Assembly (NCBI GenBank): GCA_017613715.1
Contig: JAGADH010000180.1
Coordinates: 6,483-70,482, forward strand
Reading direction: 5' to 3'
DNA length: 64,000 nucleotides
DNA from: Desulfovibrio sp.
GTDB taxonomy: Bacteria > Desulfobacterota > Desulfovibrionia > Desulfovibrionales > Desulfovibrionaceae
This document shows positions 1 to 10,068 of the stretch, piece after piece. Made by a program: the position numbers and the translations under genes. The notes under the pieces are model-generated. The model was not told where the DNA came from. It did not search any database and worked only from the letters and a program-made list of their open reading frames with translations. Position 1 is the stretch's first letter; each line of letters begins with the position of its first letter.

Positions 1-1
1 G

Positions 2-838
2 GCCGTGGACAGCGAGACGCTTGAAGCCGCCTATGCCGCACGTACCTATCGCGTCAATCTCGTGGAAGAAGTCTTTATGGAAGAGTACGACCGCGAGCTG
101 ATCAAGGTCCCAACCCGTGGTCAGGCGGTGGGTCAGGTCAACGGGCTTTCCGTGACAAGCTACGGGGATTTTGAATTCGGTCTGCCCCACAGAATCTCGT
201 GTACGGTCGGTGTGGGTCAGGAGGGGATCATTGACCTGGAGCGTGAGGCCGAGCTTGGCGGGCCCATTCACACCAAGGCCATGATGATTTTGAAGAGCTT
301 TCTGATCGAGCATTTTGCCCGCAAAAAGCCGCTTGTGCTTTCGGGCTCGCTCTATTTCGAGCAGAGCTACGCCGGCATTGAGGGCGATTCAGCCTCTGGT
401 GCAGAACTTGTGGCCCTGCTTTCAGCTCTTGGCGAAGTGCCTGTACGGCTGGATCTGGCTTTTACCGGGGCTGTCAGCCATAAGGGTGAAATCCTGCCTG
501 TCGGCGGCGTGACCCGTAAAATCGAGGGCTTTTTCAAAGTCTGCTCGCATCACGGCGGGCTTTCAGGCAGCCAGGGTGTGATCATTCCGCGTGACAATGT
601 GGATCACCTGATGCTTGAGCCTGACGTCCTGGAAGCTGTGGAAAAAAAGCAGTTTTTTATCTACCCCGTGCGCACCATTGAAGAGGCGCTCTTTTTGCTG
701 ACCGGGCTTGCCTGCGGTTATGCCCGCAAAAGCGGCAATTATACCCGGGGCAGTCTCTATGACCTTGTGGACCGGCGGCTGCAGCGTCTGGGTGAATATG
801 CGCAGAATGCCTTTCGTCGCAGTTCACGTCAGAAATAG
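2..838 (+). CDS. Lon-type ATP-dependent protease (S16), C-terminal part; 5' end outside window
   Basis: GQVNGL, FEQSY..IEGDSAS (catalytic Ser) and PVGGVTRKIEG (catalytic Lys) motifs of the Lon_C domain; frame open from window start. Confidence 0.85.
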   Translation, partial: AVDSETLEAAYAARTYRVNLVEEVFMEEYDRELIKVPTRGQAVGQVNGLSVTSYGDFEFGLPHRISCTVGVGQEGIIDLEREAELGGPIHTKAMMILKSFLIEHFARKKPLVLSGSLYFEQSYAGIEGDSASGAELVALLSALGEVPVRLDLAFTGAVSHKGEILPVGGVTRKIEGFFKVCSHHGGLSGSQGVIIPRDNVDHLMLEPDVLEAVEKKQFFIYPVRTIEEALFLLTGLACGYARKSGNYTRGSLYDLVDRRLQRLGEYAQNAFRRSSRQK

Positions 839-886
839 TTTTTTCAGTATGTTCTCCGGCCAGGAAAAGCCCTGGCAAGCTCTAAG

Positions 887-917
887 ACGCGGGTGGCGTA
901 AGCCTCTCGCGTTTTTT
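887..917 (+). terminator. Probable intrinsic terminator between the Lon gene and the convergent hypE
   Basis: ACGCGGGTGGC-GTAA-GCCTCTCGCGT imperfect stem followed by a T tract. Confidence 0.55.
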
Positions 918-956
918 CTTTGCCCTGGCGGCTCTTCGGGAAAAAGCCAGGCCTCG

Positions 957-1964
957 CTAGCAAATTCTTGGCAAAAGCTCACCTGTGGGACGTGGCAGCA
1001 GGGTTTTGGCGCCAATGGCTGTTTCAACCACCACAGAACCCGCCTTGTGCCTGCCTGTGACAGAACCGATACAGGCGGCCCCTTCGCCGTGAGGCAGAGC
1101 CCGTAAGGTTGCCAGGAGACGATCCTGCTCTTTGTGCGGGGCAATGATCACAAGGCGTCCTTCGCAGGCCAGGTAGAGCGGATCAAGACCCAGCATGCTG
1201 CAGATGCCGCTGACCCTGGGATCCACAGGCAGATCCTCCTGTCTGATTTCAATGCCCACCTGACTCTGGGAGGCTATTTCATAGAGTACTGTGCCAACGC
1301 CGCCACGTGTGGCATCGCGGATGACGTGGATCTCGTCTGTCTTTTCGAGCACGGCCTGCACAAGATGCCAGAGCGGGGCGCAGTCACTCTCGATTTCCGC
1401 TTCAATGCCAAACTCTTCACGCGCAAGGAGAATGGCTGCACCGTGGCGGCCAATATCGCCTGTGACGAGAATGGCGTCGCCGTCACGGGCAAGGGCGCCT
1501 GAAGTGTGGACATTGCCGAGCAGGCGCCCGATGCCTGAGGTTGTGATAAAGACCTTGTCGACCTGTCCCTTGCTTGCCACCTTGGTGTCGCCTGCGACAA
1601 GCGTCACACCCGCTGCCTTGGCTGTTTCAGCCATGGCGCAGACGATGCCTTCAAGATCCGCCAGGGGAAAGCCCTCTTCCAGCACAAAGGCGCAGGTGAG
1701 CCAGAGCGGCTGCGCCCCCATGCAGGCAAGATCATTGACTGTGCCGCAGATGGAGAGCTTGCCGATATTGCCGCCGGGAAAGAAGGGCGGTGAAACAATG
1801 AAGCCATCCGTGGAAAAGGCCAGGCGCTCATGACCTAAGGGCAGAACCGCTGCGTCGTCGGCCGTGAAATAGGGATTGGCAAAATGCGCCTTGAAGATGC
1901 GGTCAATGAGTTCCTGGGTCTGCACACCACCGCCGCCGTGGGCCAGAAGCACAGTCTGATCCAT
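957..1964 (-). CDS. hypE: Hydrogenase maturation carbamoyl dehydratase HypE
   Basis: LAHGGGG, DDAA, FFPGGNIGKL..GTVNDLA, GDTKV, RDATRGG and the C-terminal LLPRIC motif. Confidence 0.97.
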   Translation of the reverse strand: MDQTVLLAHGGGGVQTQELIDRIFKAHFANPYFTADDAAVLPLGHERLAFSTDGFIVSPPFFPGGNIGKLSICGTVNDLACMGAQPLWLTCAFVLEEGFPLADLEGIVCAMAETAKAAGVTLVAGDTKVASKGQVDKVFITTSGIGRLLGNVHTSGALARDGDAILVTGDIGRHGAAILLAREEFGIEAEIESDCAPLWHLVQAVLEKTDEIHVIRDATRGGVGTVLYEIASQSQVGIEIRQEDLPVDPRVSGICSMLGLDPLYLACEGRLVIIAPHKEQDRLLATLRALPHGEGAACIGSVTGRHKAGSVVVETAIGAKTLLPRPTGELLPRIC

Positions 1965-1967
1965 GAA

Positions 1968-3035
1968 CTAATCCTCCCTTGCAGGCTTCGTCGCTAAGCC
2001 ATACTGAAAATAGGCTGCACAGGTGCCTTCGCTTGAGACCATACAGGCACCAATGGGGTGGCTTGGCGTACAGGCACGGCCAAAGACCCGGCAGTCCGTG
2101 GGTAGACATAGGCCTCTGAGCACTTCGCCGCAGCGGCAATGGGGATTGGCGCGTCCTTCCTGCCTTGGTATGGCAAAACGCAGCCTGGCATCCCTGTGCT
2201 GGTAGGCTTTTTTCAGGGCCAGGCCTGAACCTTTGATCACGCCCAAGCCGCGCCACTCGGCATCACAGGCTTCCATGTAATGGGCCACAAGTTCCTGCGC
2301 TGCCGGATTGCCCGTGGCTTTGACCACACGCGGATAGCAGTTGACAAAAAAAGCTTTGCCCTTGGCGCTTTCGTGGACAATACAGGCCAGTGCCGTGAGT
2401 ATTTCGCTGGCCGTGAAACCTGCCACAACCCCTGAAACGCCTTCCCGGACGAGCGCTTCACAGCTTTGCGTGCCGGCAATGGCCAGCACATGGCCTGGAT
2501 AGAGAAAGGCATCGGCTGAGCCCTTGAGGGCCTGATAGGCCATGGGCATGGTTTTATTGGCGCAGAGGAGCGAAAAATTGGCAATGCCTTGTTCTTCGGC
2601 CTGCTTGAGGGCCAGACATTCGCCAGGAACCGTGGTTTCAAAGCCAACGGAGAGAAAGACCACTTCGCGCGTTTCGTTTTTGGCAAGCTCCAGGGCATCC
2701 AGAGGCGAATAGACCATGCGCACCCTGGCGCCTTCCTGACGTGCCCTGGCCAGACTCATGGCAGAGCCCGGCACACGCAAAAGATCGCCAAAGGTTGTGA
2801 TCAGGACATCCTTTTCAAGCGCCAGATAGATAGCCTCATCGATATAACTGACCGGTGTCACACAGACCGGACAGCCTGGTCCCGAAATCAGGCTCAGGGA
2901 TTTGGGCAGAATGTTGCGGATCCCGAGACGGAAAATTTCATGGGTATGGGTGCCGCAGACTTCCATGATTTTCAGGGGCGGACCAGCATAGGACGTAAGC
3001 AGGTTTCGGGCTTGCATGAGCACATCGTCTTGCAT
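1968..3035 (-). CDS. hypD: Hydrogenase maturation scaffold HypD
   Basis: MEVCGTHTH, GPGCPVC, GFETT, PGHV and the C-terminal CRCG...C...C...CMVSSEGTC cluster; start set at ATG 3035 (MQDD). Confidence 0.96.
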   Translation of the reverse strand: MQDDVLMQARNLLTSYAGPPLKIMEVCGTHTHEIFRLGIRNILPKSLSLISGPGCPVCVTPVSYIDEAIYLALEKDVLITTFGDLLRVPGSAMSLARARQEGARVRMVYSPLDALELAKNETREVVFLSVGFETTVPGECLALKQAEEQGIANFSLLCANKTMPMAYQALKGSADAFLYPGHVLAIAGTQSCEALVREGVSGVVAGFTASEILTALACIVHESAKGKAFFVNCYPRVVKATGNPAAQELVAHYMEACDAEWRGLGVIKGSGLALKKAYQHRDARLRFAIPRQEGRANPHCRCGEVLRGLCLPTDCRVFGRACTPSHPIGACMVSSEGTCAAYFQYGLATKPARED

Positions 3036-3051
3036 GGTATCCTCGCTGGCT

Positions 3052-3285
3052 TCAGGCCTGAGCGCTGTCTGTGGGCGTAAGAATACTCTGCAGCACCTGG
3101 CTGCTTTCTTCGGTATCTGAGGCTGAGATCTTGGCAATGGCGATGCCGGCATGCACCATGACATAGTCGCCTGGCTCAAGATCACTGAGCAGTTCCGCCG
3201 AAACCTCGCGCCGTGCCCCCTGGGCGTCAATCAGGGCTGTGCCGTGGTCAATCTTGACCACTTTTGCCGAAAGTCCCACACACAT
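3052..3285 (-). CDS. hypC: HypC/HybG-family chaperone
   Basis: N-terminal MC after an AGGAGG RBS; GDYVMVHAGIAI motif; 77 aa. Confidence 0.93.
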   Translation of the reverse strand: MCVGLSAKVVKIDHGTALIDAQGARREVSAELLSDLEPGDYVMVHAGIAIAKISASDTEESSQVLQSILTPTDSAQA

Positions 3286-3321
3286 AATTCCTCCTGAACG
3301 CAGTTCTGCGCTTTTTTGCAA

Positions 3322-5748
3322 TTAGGCTCTTGGCAGCCGGTTCATGGCATCCAGAGCCTGCCCAAGGGCCAGGCCGCCGTCATTGGCCGGAACCGCATGA
3401 TGACTGAGAACGTCAAAGCCATGCGCGGAAAGTTTCTCAGCCACAAGCCTGCCAAGCAGCCTGTTCTGGAAAACCCCGCCTGTCAGCGCACAGCTTTTTA
3501 GGCCAGTCTCCTCCCGGCCAAGCAGGCAGGCCTGCACAAGCATGGCGCAAAGAGCCTGATGAAAACTTAAGGCCAGAGCTCTGCGTGAAAGACCGTCGCA
3601 GGCTGCCTGGACAATGGCTGCCAGAAGCGCTGTCGAAGGCATGTGGTAGCGTGCGCCTTCTCCATGATGTTGGCAGGGTTCAAGTCTGAGCTTCAGAGGC
3701 GCCTGATCCCCTGCTGCCAGGGCCTTCAAAGCCGCAAACTCAAGCTTCATGGCGGCCTCGCCTTCAAAGCTTGAGCTGCTGGCAAAACCTAAAATGGCCG
3801 CGACCGCATCAAAAAGACGGCCCGTGCTTGTGGAGAAAACCGTATTGAGACGGCGTTTGGTGAGCAGGCTCTGCAGGGCAAGCTCTTTTTCCGAAATCCC
3901 GATATCCTCTCCGAGAGCCAGCTTTTTGCCAAGCGCCAGGGTCTCCTTTTCGCCAAAAAGTTCCGTCAGCATGGAGATGGCTATGCGCCAGCCCTCACGC
4001 GAAGCCGTGTCGCCGCCGGTATGCGGAAAGGGCTCAAGGCTTGCCAGGCGCACGCTTTGGCTGAGATCGGTGACTAAGAGCTCTCCGCCCCAGATAGTGC
4101 CATCACAGCCATCGCCTGTACCGTCAAGGGCTAGGCCGAGCACCGGTGTCAAGACATCGTTTTCCGCCATGCAGGAGAGCACATGCGCTCTGTGGTGCTG
4201 GCAGAAGAACAAGGGGAGATGGCGCTGCTGGCTTAGCTCTTCAGCCACACGCCTTGAGGCGTAGGCCGGATGGGTATCAGAGACAATGGCCTGAGGTCTC
4301 ATCTCGAGGAGCTCCTCGAGCCGAATGAGCGTCTCACGCAGGGCTTCAACCGTTCTGATATCTTCAAGATCGCCGACGTGCGGCGAGAGGTAGAAGAGAT
4401 GATCCTTGGCAAGACAGAACGTGTTTTTCAGTTCACTGCCAAGAGCCAGCACGCTGCCTTGGAAGGCATGGCTTGTCACCTGGGGCAGCGGGGCAAAGCC
4501 GCGGGATCTGCGAAGGCAAATTGGCTTCTCATCCACACACATGACCACGGAATCGTCGCAGCGTACCCTGATTTCCCTGTTATGGCCAAGGACCAGGTCG
4601 GCAATCTGCCCGAGTTCCGCCAAAACCTGGGCTTCGGTATGGCAGATGGGTGCTCCTGAAATATTGCCGCTTGTCATGACAAGAGCGTCGGGCACACTGA
4701 GCCCGTCAGGCAGGTCAAAAAGCAGGTGGTGCAGCGGCGTATAGGGCAGAAGCACACCAAGGTAGGGATTATCCGGAGCCAGGCCCGGGGCCAGAGCTTC
4801 CGCCTGATCATGACGAAGCAGCAAAACAATGGGCTTTTGCCAGCCCGTGAGCAGTTCTTCTTCCCTGGGACTGACCTGGCAGACGCGCCTGACAGCAGAA
4901 AGATTGCGAAACATCACCGCAAAGGGCTTGGTCGGGCGATGTTTGCGGGCGCGTAAGGTGGCTACGGCCTCTTCGCTGTGCGCAGAGCAGGCCAGGTGAA
5001 AGCCGCCGATGCCCTTGATGGCCACAATGGCGCCGCAGGCAAGCGCAGCGCGTGTCAGGTGGATGGGCAAAAGCTCCGGCCTTGGGAGTTCTTTTGTATG
5101 GTCCAGACTGAGATCGAGCCTTGGGCAGAGAAGAGCAAGGTCCCTGAAGGAGTCTACGGCTTTTCCCTGGGCGTTTGTCAGGGCAAGAGTCGGCCCGCAG
5201 TCATGGCAGCAGACAGGCTGGGCATCGTACCTGCGGCTTTGAGGGTCGTGGTACTGCTGACTGCAGGCGCAACACATGGGAAAGCTGCGCATGCTTGTGC
5301 GCTCGCGGTCATAGGGCATAGCGTCGAGAATGGAAAGCCTTGGGCCGCAGGCCGTACAGTTGATGAAGGGGTGCAGATAGCGTCGATCCCCGGGGTCCAT
5401 CAGTTCAGCCGCGCAGTCTTCGCAGATGGCAATATCAGGCGAGACAAAGATATCGCCCTTTTCCTTTTCGCTCTGAATGATGCTGAAGTCGCTGCATGCC
5501 GGAAGATCAGCGGATTCCTCGGTGACCTTCATGATCAGACTGCGTTTGGGGGCAAGGCGTTCAAGATCCTGCAGAAAAAGCGCACGTTTTTCAGATAGGC
5601 CCTGTGTGGCCTGCAGCACAACCTCAACGAGCGAACCCTTATTGGCCACGGTGCCTAAAAGCTCGTGCTGCATGGCGAGCCTGTGCACAAAGGGTCTGAA
5701 GCCAACGCCCTGCACAATGCCGAAAATGCGGATGACGAGACTTTGCAT
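3322..5748 (-). CDS. hypF: Carbamoyltransferase HypF
   Basis: GIVQGVGFRPF acylphosphatase domain, CxxC zinc fingers (CEDC, CTAC, CCAC, CHDC), KGIGGFHLAC, QHHRAH, DGTG, NDGGLALGQ. Confidence 0.97.
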   Translation of the reverse strand: MQSLVIRIFGIVQGVGFRPFVHRLAMQHELLGTVANKGSLVEVVLQATQGLSEKRALFLQDLERLAPKRSLIMKVTEESADLPACSDFSIIQSEKEKGDIFVSPDIAICEDCAAELMDPGDRRYLHPFINCTACGPRLSILDAMPYDRERTSMRSFPMCCACSQQYHDPQSRRYDAQPVCCHDCGPTLALTNAQGKAVDSFRDLALLCPRLDLSLDHTKELPRPELLPIHLTRAALACGAIVAIKGIGGFHLACSAHSEEAVATLRARKHRPTKPFAVMFRNLSAVRRVCQVSPREEELLTGWQKPIVLLLRHDQAEALAPGLAPDNPYLGVLLPYTPLHHLLFDLPDGLSVPDALVMTSGNISGAPICHTEAQVLAELGQIADLVLGHNREIRVRCDDSVVMCVDEKPICLRRSRGFAPLPQVTSHAFQGSVLALGSELKNTFCLAKDHLFYLSPHVGDLEDIRTVEALRETLIRLEELLEMRPQAIVSDTHPAYASRRVAEELSQQRHLPLFFCQHHRAHVLSCMAENDVLTPVLGLALDGTGDGCDGTIWGGELLVTDLSQSVRLASLEPFPHTGGDTASREGWRIAISMLTELFGEKETLALGKKLALGEDIGISEKELALQSLLTKRRLNTVFSTSTGRLFDAVAAILGFASSSSFEGEAAMKLEFAALKALAAGDQAPLKLRLEPCQHHGEGARYHMPSTALLAAIVQAACDGLSRRALALSFHQALCAMLVQACLLGREETGLKSCALTGGVFQNRLLGRLVAEKLSAHGFDVLSHHAVPANDGGLALGQALDAMNRLPRA

Positions 5749-5757
5749 GGAATCCTC

Positions 5758-6837
5758 TCAGCAAAGGCCTGGGGGCATGAGCGTGCCTGAGACCGCAAAA
5801 TGGGGAAGCTCAAGCAGGTGCATAGAAGCTTGCTGCTCACGCGGGATGGCCCGCAGGAGCATGGCATCACAGACAAGACAGTCAAAGTCGCCTGCCTCTA
5901 TGAGGCTTATGAGTGCCTCTTCACTTGTCAGATGCTGGTCACCATCCTCGCTAAGCTCTTGAAGCATCGTAAAAAAGCTTGCGATGCAGACCGTGGGCCT
6001 GCGCGAGCCTGCCGCCCTGCGGATGGCGCGGCGCAGGCTGGATGCCAGCACCTGCTGATGGATGATGAGAATTCTTGCGTAGCTCGCAGCCTCCCTGGCC
6101 AGGGCTTCAAGGCCTGGACTTAAGGGATAGTCAAGGCTGTAAGGCGTGCCAAAGCGCTCCTGCAGAAGTTTTGCGCAGGCCAGGCCAGAGGGAGCGATGA
6201 CGAGATTTTTGGCACAGCTTGCGGCAGCTCTCATGGCGTCAAAGCCGGCATCGAGGCCGTGTGTGATGATCTCAAGCGGGGTATTCTGAGCCTTCTGCAG
6301 ATGGTGTTGAAGATATCTGGCTGAGCTTTGTCCCAGATCCAGGGGACTCGCCCCAAGTACGCCCACGCGCAAGGCTTGAGGCTTAAGCTCCTGGCTGGCA
6401 AAGTGGGAAGCCAGACGCTCATAGGCCTTGGAGAGGCCTGTATCGTAGAGGCCGGTTCCGGTTGTGGCAAAGGTCAGGGTCGGCAGGCCGAGTTTTTTTT
6501 CCGCCAGGCGCCCCAGGCCCTTGAAATCCGTGGCAATCACACAGGGCACAGGCGTGCCGATGATGGCCAGAAAACGCGGCTTGATGAGGCGGGCTGCGCT
6601 AAGCGCCTTGGCCACCAGGCGGTCGTCGCGGCCAAGGATGGCGTCCATATCACGCAGACCGGCGCTAAAGAGAGCACAGCGCTTCTCCTGCCAGCGCGGC
6701 TCGTCAAAACCGCAGAAATTGCCCGTACAGCCGCCGGCATCGCAGATCACAAGCAGGCCCTGATATTCATAGAGGGCTGAGACAACGCCTGAGGAGTCAG
6801 GCGCAAAGGGTGCCAGACGTTTCAGGAGGCCGCGCAT
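5758..6837 (-). CDS. Nitrogenase component-1-like oxidoreductase subunit (short type, copy 2)
   Basis: PDSSGV..DAGGC..FDEPRW, GLRDMDAILGRDDRL, GTPV, A..NLVI..SGL..A..LQERFGTPY; NifK/BchB-like fold signatures; paralogous to 8910-10061. Confidence 0.85.
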   Translation of the reverse strand: MRGLLKRLAPFAPDSSGVVSALYEYQGLLVICDAGGCTGNFCGFDEPRWQEKRCALFSAGLRDMDAILGRDDRLVAKALSAARLIKPRFLAIIGTPVPCVIATDFKGLGRLAEKKLGLPTLTFATTGTGLYDTGLSKAYERLASHFASQELKPQALRVGVLGASPLDLGQSSARYLQHHLQKAQNTPLEIITHGLDAGFDAMRAAASCAKNLVIAPSGLACAKLLQERFGTPYSLDYPLSPGLEALAREAASYARILIIHQQVLASSLRRAIRRAAGSRRPTVCIASFFTMLQELSEDGDQHLTSEEALISLIEAGDFDCLVCDAMLLRAIPREQQASMHLLELPHFAVSGTLMPPGLC

Positions 6838-8153
6838 GCGTCACCCCCCTTGGCTTTTTGTGTCCGGCCCTGGCAGGCCGTCTCGATGGCTGTCATGAGC
6901 TGCATGAAACCCTGATAGCCAAAGGGTTTGGCGTCATCCAGAAAGGGCAGCTGTGCGCTCTCGGGATGATAATAGCAGGCATCGCTGCCTATGGCCACGT
7001 CCACTTCGCCAGGCCTTGCTTCGTAGAAGAGCATACTGGGTGAGAGATTGCTGGCAAGACGCGTTCTTGGACTTATGGTGGCGATGGCTTTGATCAGCGC
7101 CAGTTTTTCCGGGGCCGGCTCGGCAAAGATCTCAGCCACGTGTGCGCCCATGCGTAAAAGCGCAAGGGCCAGGCCAAACGGTTCGGCATTGCTGGTTTCG
7201 CCAATGGCAAAGGTCAGATCGCGCAGCATGGCTTTGCTTGCTTCTTTTTTGGCAAGAGCCTCGGCATAGGGCTTCTGATCGTTGAGCGGCACAGGCAGAA
7301 GACGGGAGAGTATGGCGTACTGTTTTTGAATTTTATCAAGTTCAAAGCTCTGGCTCAGTTCGATGGAGGGGATAGCAAGCTTTTCCTCAAAGATCTTGGC
7401 TGCCAGACGGCTTTCCGGGTGCAGCACGAGATTGAAATTGGCGCGGGCCAGATCCTGGTACTGCGTCATATTCTGCATGCGCGACAATTCCTGCACCTGG
7501 CTAAAGCCAGCCTGCTGTAAGAGAGCATAGAGCTCACAAGAGTCGGCAAGCGGAGTGAAAAAGCCTAAAAGGTTGACACGACGCGGATCCTTGGGCGCTT
7601 TGCGCAGAAGACTGTAGAGCGTCCTGCGTACAGCGACCATGGGCGGAATGTGGCCTTCGCGGGTCAGCGCGTACATGGTTGCGGCAACGCAGGCAATGCC
7701 CGTGCGCTCTTGGGCCAGACGCACGAGGCGATCCATGTCGGTTGCCAAAAGCGCATCCACACAGGTGCTCAAAAGCACAATGACCTCTGGGGCAGGGCTT
7801 TGGCTTTTTGCTATCTCCTCGCAGGCATCCACAATGGCTGATTGATAGCGGCCTGTGACGATATCGGTCTCATCGAGCAGGAGATAGAAGGTGCGCTGGC
7901 CATAGCGGCTCTCTGGTCCGCCAAGAGCCGAGGTATTGCGGCCGCAGCAACCGGGCGAAAAAAGCAGCATGACTGAGCCTGGCAGGGTCAGGGCCGCACG
8001 CTTGACGCCAAAGCCTTCGGCACCCGGTGAATTGAAGGCCAGGGCAGCCGGCGAACTGTAGATCAGATGCTTTTGGCTGATCAGCTCATCCGGCCAGGCT
8101 TTGGGCTCACGCGCTGCCAGCTCGGCCATGCTTATGCTAAAGGCTTCAGGCAT
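6822..8153 (-). CDS. Nitrogenase component-1-like oxidoreductase subunit (long type, copy 2)
   Basis: SPGCCGRN, LDETDIVTG, LSTCVDALLATD, VNLLG, ANFNLVL; start at ATG 8153 overlaps the stop of the nifH-like gene. Confidence 0.85.
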   Translation of the reverse strand: MPEAFSISMAELAAREPKAWPDELISQKHLIYSSPAALAFNSPGAEGFGVKRAALTLPGSVMLLFSPGCCGRNTSALGGPESRYGQRTFYLLLDETDIVTGRYQSAIVDACEEIAKSQSPAPEVIVLLSTCVDALLATDMDRLVRLAQERTGIACVAATMYALTREGHIPPMVAVRRTLYSLLRKAPKDPRRVNLLGFFTPLADSCELYALLQQAGFSQVQELSRMQNMTQYQDLARANFNLVLHPESRLAAKIFEEKLAIPSIELSQSFELDKIQKQYAILSRLLPVPLNDQKPYAEALAKKEASKAMLRDLTFAIGETSNAEPFGLALALLRMGAHVAEIFAEPAPEKLALIKAIATISPRTRLASNLSPSMLFYEARPGEVDVAIGSDACYYHPESAQLPFLDDAKPFGYQGFMQLMTAIETACQGRTQKAKGGDACAAS

Positions 8154-8916
8154 GGCAGTCCTCGTGCTGCAGGGCCCAAAGATCACGGGCCAGATCCTGA
8201 AAAATGCGAGCACAGGCAGAATCCGGTGCTCCTTCCACGACGGTCATGCCCAGGTCTTCACAGCGTGAAATATCGTCGCTGCGCGGCACTTCCGTGAGAA
8301 TGGCAAGCTTAGCCTCACGGGCAAAGGCTTCCACTTTCTGACGTTCATCCGGCACATTGCGTTTATTGAGAATGATGCCGTGCACACTGGCATAAGCGCG
8401 GTCAGCAAAATTGGCCACAGCACTGGCAATATTGCGGGCAGCATAGAGGGCCATTTTTTCCCCTGAGGTGACAATGAGCACATGCCTGGCATAGCCTTCC
8501 CTGATGGGGGCGGCAAAGCCTCCGCAGACCACATCGCCCAATACATCGTAGAGTACGATATCCGGTTTGACCTCTTCAAAGAGCCTGAGCTCCTGCAGCA
8601 GCTGAAAGGTCGTAATGATGCCACGGCCGGCGCAGCCAAGGCCGGGTGTCGGGCCGCCTGTTTCCAGGCAGAGCACATTGCCGAAGCCTCTGGCTGAAAT
8701 CTGACTCAGATCCGTGGGCGCTTCATCGTGTTGGCGCAGATAGTCCATGACAGAGGTCACGGCCTGACCGCCCAAAAGCGTCATGGTGGAATCGGCCTTG
8801 GGGTCACAGCCGATCTGGATGACGCGATGGCCCTGTGTTGCCATGGCGGCTGCAAGATTGGCGGTCATGGTCGATTTGCCGATGCCGCCCTTGCCGTAGA
8901 GCGCAATCTTCAGCAT
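8146..8916 (-). CDS. NifH/BchL/CfbC-family Fe-protein (ATP-dependent reductase), copy 2
   Basis: YGKGGIGKST, QIGCDPKADST, GGPTPGLGCAGRG, YDVLGDVVCGGF; both [4Fe-4S] Cys ligands present; 256 aa. Confidence 0.93.
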   Translation of the reverse strand: MLKIALYGKGGIGKSTMTANLAAAMATQGHRVIQIGCDPKADSTMTLLGGQAVTSVMDYLRQHDEAPTDLSQISARGFGNVLCLETGGPTPGLGCAGRGIITTFQLLQELRLFEEVKPDIVLYDVLGDVVCGGFAAPIREGYARHVLIVTSGEKMALYAARNIASAVANFADRAYASVHGIILNKRNVPDERQKVEAFAREAKLAILTEVPRSDDISRCEDLGMTVVEGAPDSACARIFQDLARDLWALQHEDCHA

Positions 8917-10061
8917 AAGCCCTCCCTTGCAAGTACTTCCTCAAGACCCTGGCCTGTGAGGCTTGGCGCAGCGTTGAGATAGCAGCGGCCTGAAAAAGCC
9001 GTATGCGGCAGCGGCAGAAAGGGGGTCCCCTCTTTCACAAGAAGCCTGTAGAGCGGGTCTCCCACAATGAGATCAGCGCCCTCAAGGAACTCTGCCAGCG
9101 CATCCTCGTTTTCCTCTCCTCCCGCATCGTCTGGCCCAAGCACCTCCTGCCAGGCTTCAAGCGGACAGAAGATGCGGCTCTGCCCAAAGCCATAGTGGGC
9201 CAGGGCCCGGGCCATGGAGGCCATGGCCACGCTTTCGCCAATCAGGGCGACGGAGCGGCTTTGCGGATTTTCTGTACGCGGAAGTGTTATGCTTTTTTGC
9301 GTGTCAGCTGCCAGAAGAAGAAAACTGGCCAGCTCGTCGGCAAAAAAGCCAAAAGGGCGACCTGTGACATAGGGTGTGCCAAAGCGCTCCTGAAGCGCAT
9401 GCGCCAGGGCCAGAGCCGTTGATGAGAGCACAAGGTTGACGTGGGCTGCTCCCAGGCGTTCAATGTGGGAGAGATCACAGTTCTGGGCGACACAGGCATT
9501 GAGCCTCAAGCCAAAGCTTTCAGCCCAGGAGCATATGGCAGAAAATTCAAGGCTGCCCAGGTCAAGAGGCGTGGCGCCAAGGAGATTCAGAGATTTTTCC
9601 GGGGATCTCGGGGTATCCCGGCAAAAACGGCTGGCTACGGCCACAAGGGCCCTGGAGGCACCAAGGACATAGGAGTTGATGCCATTGGTGGCAACCGCAA
9701 AACAGGGAATGCCAAGCTCGGCCTCAATCTGTCCTGCAATGGCTGGCATATCGCAGCCCGTGAGCATGGCCACGGGTGAATTGGCCAGGGCGAGAAAGGC
9801 TGGCGAAAGCAGTCGTGCCTGTTGCACACAATCGTCAATGAGTTTCTGCTCATTGCCAAGCACGGCATCGCTTTCCGTCAGCGCTGAAATCACCACGAAA
9901 CTTTCCTGGTCGTACCAGCGCGGTTCGTCAAAGGTCGAATAGGTGGAATTGCAGCCTGAGGCATCGTGAATCACGGTCATGCCGCCAAGCTCATAGAGCG
10001 CCGAGGCAACGCCTGAAGTATCCGAGGCATAGGTGGGAAGAAAAGCTGCGCAGTCGTTCAT
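8910..10061 (-). CDS. Nitrogenase component-1-like oxidoreductase subunit (short type, copy 1)
   Basis: SDTSGV..HDASGCNS..FDEPRW, LTESDAVLGNEQKL, LNLLGATPLD, AHVNLVL, LQERFGTPY. Confidence 0.85.
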   Translation of the reverse strand: MNDCAAFLPTYASDTSGVASALYELGGMTVIHDASGCNSTYSTFDEPRWYDQESFVVISALTESDAVLGNEQKLIDDCVQQARLLSPAFLALANSPVAMLTGCDMPAIAGQIEAELGIPCFAVATNGINSYVLGASRALVAVASRFCRDTPRSPEKSLNLLGATPLDLGSLEFSAICSWAESFGLRLNACVAQNCDLSHIERLGAAHVNLVLSSTALALAHALQERFGTPYVTGRPFGFFADELASFLLLAADTQKSITLPRTENPQSRSVALIGESVAMASMARALAHYGFGQSRIFCPLEAWQEVLGPDDAGGEENEDALAEFLEGADLIVGDPLYRLLVKEGTPFLPLPHTAFSGRCYLNAAPSLTGQGLEEVLAREGLC

Positions 10062-10068
10062 AGTAACC

